From the NCBI GenBank assembly GCA_950097015.1, contig CATNEN010000007.1:9486001-9550000 (forward strand): a stretch of DNA of 64,000 nt, in the 5' to 3' direction. Below the pieces are notes generated by a model that had not been told where the DNA came from, did not search any database, and saw nothing but the letters and a program-made list of their open reading frames with translations. The DNA comes from Macrostomum hystrix. Lineage: Eukaryota > Animalia > Platyhelminthes. The stretch's first letter is position 1, and the number at the start of each line of letters is the position of its first letter. Positions 1 to 17,294 of the stretch are shown here, in pieces. A program made the position numbers and the translations under genes.

Positions 1-203
1 TTTTGATTTGGCGCTGCATAATAGCCCTAGATAAATGATCATGGTCCCTTGACAACAGCTATATTTTTTATCTCATCATTTCATTTGTTTTTTTATTTCA
101 TCGTAGGGGTAGGCCTAGTGATTAATTTGCCTCCTTATAGCACTGCTAAACTCTAGAGACATCGTCTAGTTTTTTTTCACGCTGACTTTAGGAACTGCCT
201 CAC

Positions 204-5828
<5,625 letters not shown>

Positions 5829-6861
5829 ACCCTGCCAGCGCGAGCATTCATTATTGCTTACTTATAGTAGAGCATTCAGAGACTCAGAGTGTTGAATTCT
5901 ATTGAGATAGAAATTTGGACTTTTTTAATTTGCACCGGCGCTTTCACAACCGCCAATTATTTTCAAATAATCAGTTTTTACTTGACTCTAAAAAAACTAT
6001 CTACTGCCTAATAAGTTTATAACACTAAGCTAAGTAATTACATCAGTGTAGTAACTAGGCAAACTAGCTTCGTTTTAAAGTACAGTGAAATTCTCAGCCC
6101 GTCCTATTCTAGCGTGAATTCTAACTTCTAACACTTTCTTAACTTTGCATAATCCATGAGCTGATGCGCGCTGTACTTATTTATTGAGTAGTACGCTTGT
6201 TTGTATCCTGTCACTTATAGTCCGGTTAGTACACATTCGTTTCTGTTGATTCTTTGCTGTTGTACAAAATTTTATCTAATAAGCCACAGTTGCTAGGCGA
6301 ATAATGTACTGTAAAATCCTCTAGCGCATTCACAATTTTAGCAGGTTTTCTTAATTCTATTAACGGCAGGCAAAGTCCTGGTGCTAAAACTTGGCGAGTC
6401 GCTTTAATGAAAATCGAACAATCTGATTGCTGTTGTCCGTTGTGACCTATCTTATATACTAGGCCTTTGTACTAGCCGTCTAGCTGTTTCCGCTGCTGCC
6501 GCTGCTGCTGTATGGACCAATTTTATTCCACTCATAATTTGCACTAGTTTAGATTTCTGCTTTGCATTCTCTCACTAGTTGAATTCCTGTGAGCACTGCT
6601 CCCCGTGTAAGTTACGTATTCAATTCAGCGGATTTCCCAAGCTCAAATTTCATGGCAACGCCGCTTTTCATTATCTTTATCCGTGTAAATAGTCACATTT
6701 TATTGGCATGCGGTTTCTCAGTGTGTTTTATATACTTTCCTGCTGCGTTCGCTAGTTTTTTTAACTGGCCATTGTGGGTTTATTTTTTATTTCGATTCTT
6801 CACCATACTTTTAGTGGGCTATAATTAGCATATTCCCTAATCCCCTGTTCGTGATAGGCTC

Positions 6862-7150
6862 ATTCCTGATTGGCCGATTCCCCACTTCCCTATTCCTGAT
6901 TGGCCGAATCCCCACTTCCCTATTCCTGATTGGCCGAATCCCCACTTCCCTATTCCTGATTGGCCGAATCCCCACTTCCCTATTCCTGATTGGCCGATTC
7001 CCCACTTCCCTATTCCTGATTGGCCGAATCCCCACTTCCCTATTCCTGATTGGCCGAATCCCCACTTCCCTATTCCTGATTGGCCGAATCCCCACTTCCC
7101 TATTCCTGATTGGCTGAATCCCCACTTCCCTATTCCTGATTGGCTGAATC
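6862..7150. repeat. 30-bp minisatellite, about 10 copies, each carrying a CCAAT box on the - strand
   Basis: Unit ATTCCTGATTGGCCGAATCCCCACTTCCCT; GATTGG recurs every 30 bp from 6868 to 7138. Confidence 0.95.
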
Positions 7151-8089
7151 AGAAACCTGATTTCCGCTGGCCCGGGTTTCATAGTCCATGCAAAAAACAG
7201 CTTAAGATTCCCGCACTGAGAGTGTCATGGGTTCATAGTGTGCAGTTTTTTACTCTTTAACTTGGCTTTCAAACTTGCCTCCCAAGTTGATTGTGCGGCC
7301 ACAGGCCACTCATTAGAAAATCATTCTGTTCAAATAAACACGCTAAGCACAGGCAGCCCATGATCATGTTCAGGTTCTTATTAACAGAAGCTTAAAACTG
7401 ATTAAAACATTACCTATTATAATACCTGCTGCCGTGTTTGTCTTTTGACACTCTTTGACCAGACCAGCCGTTTAGGTGCAAATGATAAGTGCCAGGATTC
7501 GAATGATAACTGTGCTTGGGCTCGGGCACGTGTCTCTATAAAAAAGAAACTCGGTGGAAAGAGGAGAGAATCACGGCCCACGGGAATGAGTGATTAGCCA
7601 AATAAAACTATTTAATGTATCGTTTAATGTGGTTTTTCTTTTTTGAAGAATAACCAACTGTCTATGGTAAACATTTTATTTTACGAGTCCTCGTTTTGAG
7701 GCCTGAGAAACGATTTGAGGACTTGAAGCGTCCGGAAATGGTATGAACACAGAATAACAAATTCGCGAAACCCATTTTCTTTTCCATAGAGCACAAAATT
7801 ATAGGGTAAAATAATATGCATATCCATGGCCATAGACAACGGCAACCGGGCGGGCGACAAGTTATGGTCACGCAAGAAATTGTTTAGTCGTTTCACGTGC
7901 ACTTCCGCTTGCTTGACGGTCGACTCACGCTTAGCTTCATCTTTCACACGCCGCAGATCGCTCTCCTTAGTTTCACTAAGCTGTCGCAGAAGTGATAGCT
8001 TAGTGAGACTGCAAGTTTTCCTTTAATAGCCGTACTAGACGAACTATGTGCATGTGCACGGTGAGTGCGGTGACAGAGGAGGATTGGAA

Positions 8090-8323
8090 TGTGTGGCGAC
8101 ACATCTTAGAGCAGTACCGATTCTACCTGAGCTTCGAGAACGCATTCTGTCGAAACTACATCACGGAGAAGTTTCACAACAACGGTCTGGACTCGCAGGC
8201 GCGGTCCCGGTGGTCTTCGGCGGTCTGTCGCGCACGGACTACGAGCGGGTGAGTCCGCCGGGCTCGTTCGTGTACGCGCTGGACTTTCCGAGCATGCGGC
8301 AGCTGACCTCGGCTTTGAACTAG
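8090..8323 (+). pseudogene. Alpha-1,3-fucosyltransferase (GT10) C-terminal fragment with frameshift
   Basis: One frame gives YRFYLSFENAFCRNYITEKFHNNGL; a shift near 8190 continues with AGAVPVVFGGLSRTDYERVSPPGSFVYALDFPSMRQL. This is the GT10 FEN..DY.TEK / VPVV.G / SFI..DF signature. No N-terminal half was found. Confidence 0.8.
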
Positions 8324-8519
8324 TCCTCAATGCATGCTACTTCATGGGCCCCTGGTGAAATAATTTAAGATAAATTCAGCGGATTGGAGTTTCGGCTCTT
8401 CGAAAGCCTTCGTGAAATTAAAATTCAAATTGAAATGTCCGCGTGAATACTGTTAAGGCGCTAGTTGTTATTACTGTCGGTTAAAATATAATAGATTGTA
8501 TTCACTTTGTTTTGATTAA

Positions 8520-9284
8520 AACTTTCTCATTATTTATGACTAAGGTGCTGACTTTTTGTTGTATAGTTAATAGATATGTCATGGTTTTTAGGTCGGTATG
8601 TGCTTAAATATCGAGAGCCGATTTCTCGCGGGATTTAAATGAAATACCGACCTAAAAACTATGACATAACTATTAACTATACAACAAAAAGTGAGCACCT
8701 TAGTCATATATAATAAGAAAGTTAAGCTGCCCGAAAAAAATCCCTGCAATGTTTTATTCCATCCTTCCTTCGCTAAGCCTAAGAGACTAGCAGCACAGAG
8801 GTCTGATCTGGGCAATTATTTCTTTCTTTCTAACAGCTCTCGCCCGACTTAAAGACTATTTTCTGAGCAGTGTTTAGATAAAGCAAAATTCTTTCATTTT
8901 AAACCCACTGATGGACTATAGCGCCGACTTGGTTCGAGACTATGATCCTAATCGCCTTTGGCAGTAGATTCGGCAGTAGATTTGGAAGAAATACTACGTG
9001 AAGGGTCGGATTGCCGGGACCCGAATGCTCTCCAGTAAATTCCAGAAGTCCGTGGCAATTCTGACGCAGCATTGGATGAAATTCGCAATCTCAATCGGAG
9101 CACGAAGGCTCAAAACACTCTAAAACGCAACAAGTGAGCCGTTCAAGCATTCAACCGATGGCTTCAAGAGTCTGGCATCGAATGCACTGTGCCTCTGCAA
9201 GACATGAACGACTCCGAACTCAATTCTCTGCTGTCAAGGTTCATACACGAAGTCACTCGTTCCTACGAAGTCATTCATAATTAG
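8520..9284 (+). mobile_element. Degenerate Crypton-like (tyrosine-recombinase) DNA transposon relic
   Basis: Imperfect palindrome of about 200 bp at 8520-8723. Frame 9072-9284 reads KAQNTLKRNK*AVQAFNRWLQES...LQDMNDSELNSLLSRFIHEV, resembling the Crypton/KCTD1/ZMYM core-binding segment (NT...KWAV..F..W...EL..LL.RF..EV) with W mutated to TGA at 9135. Confidence 0.65.
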
Positions 9285-10094
9285 AAGAACAATTTCCTAT
9301 GCTGCTTTGCTCTCTGACGATTTGTCTGTTGTCAGTTTTGCTGTAAGTGTTTAATTGTCTATTGTCTACCTCACAATAATACCGGTGATTTTAACTTAGT
9401 CAGTCATCGTTGGAATTAAATAAGTAATACGTTTTGGTTTTGTCATTTCTGTTCCTTCCATGCTGATAAAAAAAGCATGCTTACCGCTGTAAAATAATGT
9501 TTAGTGAGAGTGCATGGGAAGTTCTGAATTGACTGACTGGTTCTTATAAGTGCAAGACTTATCCAAGTAAAAGCATCAACAAAGCTTGATCCTGCTACAG
9601 TTGAGTTGTGTCCTTCTGTGACACTGAAGCATGGCATCGAATAGAAGCGAACAGATGCCTGCTCCTCCCAGAGAAAGAATTAGTTGCTGCAGACCTACGA
9701 CTGTCAAAGTTGATTAGATGGGCGTAGGAAATCATAGATAATGGACAAGCAGCGCCTGTCACGCATCAACTCCGCACCGATATTTAACAGAAAAGCTTCC
9801 TGCACTGGGAGCCAGCTAAGCCCAGTGCTGCCACGGCAAGAACTGCTTGTTAATATTGAAATATAAGATCAAGTGAGTGTGTAAGCAGCAGCAATGACTA
9901 GCGACAGGTAAGATTGTACTTCCGCATAACTAACAGTTCTCCCAATTTGTGCGAAATCAACAATCGACTAGAAAAAATAGTCGATAAATTAGCTCGCTTA
10001 CAAATTCGTTCTGATATAGCAAACTCATTGCCTGATTCTGGAACACTCATGCAGCCCTGAGCCTTGCAGAGTTGCTCTCTCCGCCCTGCTGCTG

Positions 10095-10982
10095 ATGGCC
10101 ATCGCTGCCTCTGCAGGGGTTGCAGACTTGGCCACTCTGGAAGACTCGGACACCTTCAGAAAGCTCGCTCTTCCTGGAGCACTCGCAAGCTGCCGCATGC
10201 TGACGAGCCTGCCGATGCAATACCTGGCTCAGTGCCTGCTGCATGTGACATTGCTGAAGAGACAGAAGGCCAAGCCTCGATTCATCCGCTACAATGTGTC
10301 TGACGAGACCCGAGGCTGCCAGATCTCAGCCTGGTGCGACCAGCTGCTCGTGAACGAGTCCGACCCGCTCACAGCACTGCTCCCGGTGTCCCTCGGACAG
10401 CCCCGAATCGTGCTCTTCGCGGTCAAGTCCGGAAGCCAGGTGAAGGTTCTGGACTCGTTCCTGACGCCCATCGGATGCAACCAGTCCCTCCTGGTGTCAC
10501 CGGCTGTCGATCCGCCTCCGATCCACTTTTGGCGCTCGTGCTGGCTCGACCGACTGCCCGATCTCATGAGACTGCTGTCGGGCAAGACGCTGTCTGTGGA
10601 GATGCTGAAGGACGGCGCCACTGTGCTGAAGATCTCCTTCGATGCGAGCTTCGCTGGACTGAATCTGATGAACTGGTTCAGGAAGACCAGACTGATCAGC
10701 AGCGAGCCCGACCTGGCTCTGGCCGGCAGGACCTTCAACTTCTTCTCAGTCGAAGGGGATACTCGATCAAGCCTCCGCAGGGTTTTCTTCGTGAACATGG
10801 CGTACGCTGGGTGCCCTGCAGACACAGGAGTTTTCGTTGTCCAGGATTCGAATGATAGCTGTGCTTGGGGACTCACAGCGAGCGGCAGCTCCGCACTGCC
10901 CAGAATTCTGTTCAATCTGAACGCCGGGCTCTGGCCAGATCACGCGGTGCTAGCCGACCACATGCTGGTCACCGCCGCCTGA
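10095..10982 (+). CDS. Uncharacterised, probably secreted 295-aa protein with a C-terminal invertebrate domain of unknown function
   Basis: Uninterrupted GC3-rich ORF with a hydrophobic stretch around the ATG (ALSALLL-MAIAASAG). C-terminal pattern VEMLKDG..VLKISFD...NWF...RLISS..DL....FNFFSVEGD...RRVFFVN..YAGCPADTG.FVV.D....CAW recalls unnamed mollusc/amphioxus proteins. Confidence 0.7.
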   Translation: MAIAASAGVADLATLEDSDTFRKLALPGALASCRMLTSLPMQYLAQCLLHVTLLKRQKAKPRFIRYNVSDETRGCQISAWCDQLLVNESDPLTALLPVSLGQPRIVLFAVKSGSQVKVLDSFLTPIGCNQSLLVSPAVDPPPIHFWRSCWLDRLPDLMRLLSGKTLSVEMLKDGATVLKISFDASFAGLNLMNWFRKTRLISSEPDLALAGRTFNFFSVEGDTRSSLRRVFFVNMAYAGCPADTGVFVVQDSNDSCAWGLTASGSSALPRILFNLNAGLWPDHAVLADHMLVTAA

Positions 10983-11279
10983 CTCGCATGCTCAGTCACA
11001 ATGCCATTTAACGGGTATTAAGGGCTTTACCAAAGGTAAAATCGCGATCAATGCGAAGCTCTGACTTGAAAATTCTAAAATTTTTGCTAGTAAATTGAAC
11101 AAACTGACATGTGACCAAGTTTAAGACGTTTCCATGGAGACCAGCGCCTCCCAAATATAGGGTGCTACGCCACTAGTGACTATTTATTTTATTTTATTTC
11201 AACCAAGCTGATTGTTGCTTTACATGTTCATCGCTTCATGAGTGGACGATGGAGAGTAGGCTATTAGCAGCTAGATTAG

Positions 11280-14018
11280 CTAGACATCATCCAACAGCAG
11301 GCTAATGAGCTGCTGGGCACGCGGGCTGAGATCCGACGTGGAAGCCGGTGGTGGCAGCGGTGCATCAGGCAGCCAAACTAGGAGCTCCGACTGAGTGACT
11401 GGCAGAGCTGTCACGATATCCAACGGCTGCTGTGGTTGAAGCTCCAGCGTGGCAAACTCAATGCCGTCCTGAGACGAAGGCAGCAGTAGAGGCAACTCCG
11501 CTCTGGCTGCACAACTGATGGCCTCGGCAGCAGGTGTGTGCAGCAGGCGAGCTGTGAGGTCGGCGTGCGCCCGGTGCACGTGGCTGCAGAAGCCGGTCTG
11601 GCCGGCCAGCGGGCAGTCGCAGCGGTACAGGTGCGGACAGAGGCCAGCGCAGGCGGCCGACGGGCAGAGTCGAAAGCAGAGCCGCTCCGGGCAGATCTGG
11701 CGGACGCGGCGCACCACGTGACAGCCGGCCACGAGGCAGGGCTGGCCGGACAGAGCGGCCTGCGGGGCGGCGATTTCGACTTAATCCAAATCTGGGCTGA
11801 GCTGAGCACAGTAGTGTCTCAGAACTCAGCTCAGGGTCAGAGAAACAGGAAAATGGTAGGCTCTCACCTGGATCTCACGCGGGCAGAACTGGTCGGCCAG
11901 CTCCGGCCAAGCGGGCCCAGCGTGCACAGCTGGCGCGTCAGGCCGCCTCGCCGGCGTCAGGGGCGTCGCCGCTATGTCGCCAACCAGAGCTTCCCGATGA
12001 CCGTCAAGATCGTCGTCCTGTTCGCAGCAGTCACGCCGCCAGGCAGCGGCCTCCAGTACAAGCGCCAGCAGGCGGTCTGCGCGGCGCGCACGCCCGTTAA
12101 AGTGCAACGGGAGGAGGCCCAGCAGGCCGGGGTTCGAGCGCAGCCGCATCTCGGCCGCACGCAGGCGCGCCGGCTTGGCTGCGTCCGCCCACAGCTGCGG
12201 CCATAGGGCCAGCCGGTGAGCCCGGTCGGACAGCTCCGGCGAGACCCGGCTGAATTTGGCGGAGAATTCTGAGAGGGCGGCCGAGGCCTGGCCGAGCTGC
12301 GGCTGCACGGCGGCGGCGTGCAGTTCAAGGAGCAGGAGAGCGGAGACGTCCCACTGGTCTGGCCGGGCCTGCGGGAAGGGTTGTGATCAAGTCCAGCAAT
12401 TGGAAAGCAAGAGGAAAATAATGGAGCTTGCGAACAATAAATGGAGGAGACAATCGGGACGCGGACAAGCCGGCCGGAAGAATTCCACGAAGGTGGAAAA
12501 GCAGGCGGGGGAGACACCCCGGAGGTGGACAAGCAGGCGGGGGAGACACCCCGGAGGTAGACATGCAGGCGGGGTAGAGAAACCCAGTTTTTCACCTGCA
12601 GGCAACGCCGCCAGCTGCGCAGCAGCTGCAGGCGATCGGCGAAGCAGCCGGCTGCCCGCGGAAAGACGCGAGCCCCGGCGGTGGCGCCGAGCAGGTTTGG
12701 AGGCAGCAGCAGCCAGCCGGTGAAGGCGCAACCGGAGTCAGTGCGAGGCGACGCGGCAGCGGCAGCAACGCAGCAGCGCAGCCAGTCTTCCACGCGGGTC
12801 TCGGTGACCTGGTCCGTTAGCAGCCAGCCGGCAGTGTGGGGCCGGCCTGCAATGCAGTACAGGAGAGCCCAGATTATCACAATTGACCACCTGTGAGTTA
12901 AAAGTGCAAAACTGAAATATCAGGTGAGCCGAACCTTGGCCATCGAGCAGCAGAAGGCAGAGCACGCTGAGCTCCTCGGGATCCGAGCTCTCGTAAACGC
13001 AGTCTATGGCCAGAACATCAGCAAGCGGCAGTCGCTCGGCCAGCAGCAGCCGCTCGGCCGCCGCCTGCAGGATAAGAGCGCAGCCCAGGGCGCCGTCCGT
13101 CGGACGAAGTCCTCCGCACAGCGTGGCAGAGTTTCTGTAGCACCAGGAGCGCCGGAACTGACACAGCAGCAGCGGGCTGTCCGCCCCGGCGGCAATCTCG
13201 GACAGCAGCCGGTCTTCCACTGCCTGCCATGGCTGCTGACCAGCGCTGCCGCTGCCACGCAGGGCCTCACGGATCAGGCGCTTCGCTAGCCGGGCATCGC
13301 AGCCGGCAGCAGCGTGTTCGCCAATGGTTGTCGATGATGTCGACACTGCCGTTCCGATTCCGCCGCAAAGCAGCGCTGAGCGGAGCGCGCGAGCCCGCAA
13401 TTGGGGCGCCTGGAGAGCGGCGCCGGCGCTAAAACGGGTGCGCGCAGGAGGCGGCAGCTGCGGATGATGCCGGTGGAGCAGTGAGTAGCGAATCTTAAAG
13501 CCGCTACCGGACTTCTCTCTGGCGGCGATGATGCGGGCGGGGCAGGCCAGCGGGCTGCGCCAGCCGGTGCTGCAGCTGTGCACGCAATAGCGAACTTCGC
13601 CATCGCCGTCTCGCCGCAGGCTGCTCACATAGTAGCGACAGCCGACGGTGGCCTCGTGGCTGAGTCGCCAGGCCGTCAGCTCCGCGTGGCTCGCCACCTC
13701 GGCGTTGCGCCAGTCGCCGGCATTAGCTTCCGCCGAATTCTTTGGTGATGTTCGGCTACGCTTTGTCACCGGTTCCTCGCCGACTCTGTCGCCGGTCTCA
13801 GCTGGCTGCAGCCCGTGCCGAATGCGAAGATGCCGGCGAAGATTGGTTGCCAGGCGAAACGGCCGGCCGCACAGCGGACAGGCTCGGTCACGCCGCTTGG
13901 GAGCTCCGGGCAGCTCGTCAAGGCCAGCTTCCGGACTGTTGTCCCCGCCATCGAGCAACACCTGCAGCTCCTGGCAGCGCTGCTGAAGCTCTTCGACAGG
14001 CGGGAATTCGATTCGCGA
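11280..14018 (-). CDS. MULE (Mutator) transposase-derived protein: C2H2 finger, WRKY/FAR1-like DBD, degenerate MULE core and SWIM finger; 5' end unresolved
   Basis: Exons 14018-12935, 12846-12596, 12368-11868, 11759-11280, GT-AG, 2316 nt in frame. CPLCGRPFRLATNLRRHLRIRH; C..C...CPARI...IRYSLLHRHH; VLAIDCVY...LLLLDGQG/RPHTAGWLLTD; LW...GRARRADRLL; LCPHLYRCDC......FCSHVH. Confidence 0.8.
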
Positions 14019-14078
14019 CTGGGGATCAACAGCGAGAATTTGGTTGGGAGCTGAATCACATTTTCGGAGAATTTGGCG

Positions 14079-14992
14079 GCCATGACCAGGTGATGACGAT
14101 AAGAAGGACCCATGACCAGGTGATGAGGATAAGAAGGACCCATGACCAGGTGATGAAGATAAAAAGGACCCATGACCAGATGATGAGGATAAGAAGGACC
14201 CATGACCAGATGATGAGGATAAGAAGGACCCATGACCAGATGATGAAGATAAAAAGGACCCATGACCATTGTGATGAGGATAAGAAGGACCCATGACCAG
14301 ATGATGAGGATAAGAAGGACCCATGACCAGGTGATGAGGATAAGAAGGACCCATGACCAGATGATGAGGATAAGAAGGACCCATGACCAGATGATGAGGA
14401 TAAGAAGGACCCATGACCAGATGATGAGGATAAGAACGACCCATGACCAGATGATGAAGATAAAAAGGACCCATGACCATGGTGATGAGGATAAGAAGGA
14501 CCCATGACCAGGTGATGAGGATAAGAAGGAGCCATGACCAGATGATGAGGATAGGAAGGACCCATGACCAGATGATGAGGATAAGAACGACCCATGACCA
14601 GATGATGAAGATAAAAAGGACCCATGACCATGGTGATGAGGATAAGAAGGACCCATGACCAGGTGATGAGGATAAGAAGGACCCATGACCAGGTGATGAG
14701 GATAAGAAGGACCCATGACCAGATGATGAGGATAAGAAGGACCCATGACCAGATGATGAGGATAAGAAGGACCCATGACCAGATGATGAGGATAAGAACG
14801 ACCCATGACCAGATGATGAAGATAAAAAGGACCCATGACCATGGTGATGAGGATAAGAAGGACCCATGACCAGGTGATGAGGATAAGAAGGAGCCATGAC
14901 CAGATGATGAGGATAGGAAGGACCCATGACCATGGTGATGAGGATAAGAAGGACACGTGACCAGGTGATGAGGATAAGAAGGACACGTGACT
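14079..14992. repeat. 30-bp minisatellite (CCATGACCAGATGATGAGGATAAGAAGGAC), about 30 copies with periodic 31-bp variants
   Basis: Directly visible; source of several long repeat-derived ORFs. Confidence 0.97.
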
Positions 14993-15520
14993 ACCTGAAC
15001 AAAAAATTAAGAAAGGGAGAGCAGCAGGAGTTCGCACTGAAAGCAAGCAACATCTATTTCTATAATTTATTTTCCAATAAATAATTTGCCATTTCAAGAT
15101 CGTCCATCAACAGTAGAGAAGGAATGATGAGGCTAAAGACTAAAGAGTAACAACAATCTGGGGTGCTCTAAATGGTTCGCACGATAACTAAGCACTTATA
15201 ATGCGGTTAGTTATAAATAGCAAAGGTTATCAAGCAGTTAGATATTGATTTTTAATATTGCATTTCAATAAGCTGTGAGACTCAACCAACACCGACTCAA
15301 TGAATAAATGAATGCGTTAGAGAGGCCGGGGTCAGTCATGGCGCAGGGCTGGGGAAGACGCAGACAACAGCAAGCGATAGAGAAGCAAACACCTGCTTCC
15401 GACACGACAGACGAATGAAGCGGGAAAATCTTCTTTGAACATGGTCAGTTTAATTGCTTTTAAAGTAAAGTCACGATAAAACAAAATACTAAGTTCTATT
15501 ACATAGCCTTTAAGCACTTT

Positions 15521-15863
15521 GTCTAACAGGTTGGATCACTGTCTAACAGGTTGGATCACTGTCTAACAGGTTGGATCACTGTCTAACGGGTTGGATCACT
15601 GTCTAACAGGTTGGATCCCTGTCTAACAGGTTGGATCACTGTCTAACGGGTTGGATCACTGTCTAACAGGTTGGATCACTGTCTAACAGGTTGGATCACT
15701 GTCTAACGGGTTGGATCACTGTCTAACAGGTTGGATCACTGTCTAACAGGTTGGATCCCTGTCTAACAGGATGGATCACTGTCTAACAGGTTGGATCACT
15801 GTCTAACAGGTTGGATCCCTGTCTAACAGGTTGGATCCCTGTCTAACAGGTTGGATCACTGTC
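15521..15863. repeat. 20-bp minisatellite (GTCTAACAGGTTGGATCACT), 17 copies, just downstream of the UBA5 stop
   Basis: Directly visible, nearly perfect copies. Confidence 0.97.
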
Positions 15864-15940
15864 AAAAGGGGCCAGCTTTGTTGTTATGATTTGGAGTGCT
15901 CAGTAGAGCACATCTCACACTAATAATATAATGAGTTCAT

Positions 15941-17294
15941 TCAAAGTCGACCCATCTGGGCGCGCAGGTCGTCCAGGCTGAGGCCGGAGTCCTCAACGGA
16001 GGTGGCAGCCGCCGCTGAGCCGTCAGCAGCCGAGGCAGCCGCTGGCACCGAGTAGGCCGTGCGGACGCCGCCAGAGCCAACAGCCCGACCAGCGGCGCTC
16101 TCGTCGCCGCCCTCGTCAACCAGCTCGATGCACCAGGAGTTGTCCGAGTGAACAACCGCGGCAGTGGCGGCATCAGAAGCCGCCTCGTCTGCTGTCTGCA
16201 AAGCAGCGGCGGCGTCGGCTTCGGCGACCTCTCGTTGGCGTCGCCTACAAGCGTCCTCGGCGCAGTCCGGATTGGGCTTGAGCGACTCCACCGGGAAGAA
16301 GTCTGTCATAGCCGAGTAGCCCAGGTAGGGAGACACTCGGCCGAAGCCCAGCAGCAGCTTGAGGGTGGCCTGGACGAGTAGGCCGGCCACAATGCCCATG
16401 GTGGTTGGCAGGGAGGCGGCGCAGACGCCCTCTCGCTTTAGAGTCCTCTCGTCGCCGCCTTCTGCGACAACAAGCGGCGGCAGGCAGGTGAAGCAGGGCG
16501 TCCGGCCGGGCCGCATCAGCTGGACGTGGCCGCTGACGGCATCCTCGGAGACGCCGGACTCCAGCCAGGTGAGGCCCAGCTCGGTACACAGGGCGCTGAC
16601 CGCCACGCGGGCTTCATAATTGTCAACGCAGGCCAGCAGGGCCTGCACCGGACCGCCGGAGGGCAGGCCGCCTTCTTCTACGCGAGAGCGCAGCAGCTCG
16701 TAGCCCTCCACGGTGGTGACGTTGCACGAGTGGGCTTCGATCTGTACGGCAGAGACGTGAGGGAGGAAGGACAGTACAGTGTGGGACACGAACAAGATGG
16801 TGGTGAGGGAGTGACAGAATGCGGCATGAAACACAATAAGAAGCCTGTGACAGAAGTGAAGCCCAAAGCACCTGCACATCCGGATTGATGCCCAGGAGGG
16901 TCCGCTTGGCCGCCTCGACCTTGCTGAGGCCGGCCTGGTGGGGCTGGAAGAACAGGCGGTTCATGTTGGCCATTTCCACCTTGTCGTAGTCGAACAAGAT
17001 GAGGCGGCCAACGCCGCAGCGGGTCAGCATCTCGGCGGTGACGGAGCCGACGCCGCCAACGCCAACGATGAGAACAGACTGGCCCCGGATTCTCTCATAG
17101 TTCTGCACGACCCCCATGCGCTGCAGGGCCATTAGCCGACTGTACGGATTCGAGTCCACGACCTCGGCGGACATGCGATCAATGCGTTGGCGAGCAGCGG
17201 CTGGGTTGCCACGCAGCTCGGCCAGCTCCGCCTCCAGCTCGGCTACTCGGGCCCGCAGCTGCTCAGCATTGTCTGCGTTTGATGCGCTTGTCAT
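15941..17294 (-). CDS. UBA5: UFM1-activating enzyme UBA5 (2 exons, 407 aa)
   Basis: Exons 17294-16872 and 16741-15941. Motifs: [72 protein letters not shown] (catalytic Cys), [18 protein letters not shown]. Confidence 0.97.

Noticed and set aside
6811-7182. IRPIRNREVG-repeat ORF
   Set aside because: Translation of the 30-bp CCAAT minisatellite.
9894-9912. ATG...AG|GTAAG mini-exon as the start of the 10095 gene
   Set aside because: Joining to the acceptor at 10019 gives an early stop. Joining to the TTGCAG acceptor at 10069 would be in frame but is unverified, so it is not called.
14079-15097. N-terminal part of the 731-aa ORF and the overlapping 443-aa and 191-aa ORFs
   Set aside because: Translations of a stop-free 30-bp minisatellite. 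Only 14018-12935 of the 731-aa ORF looks like a real exon.
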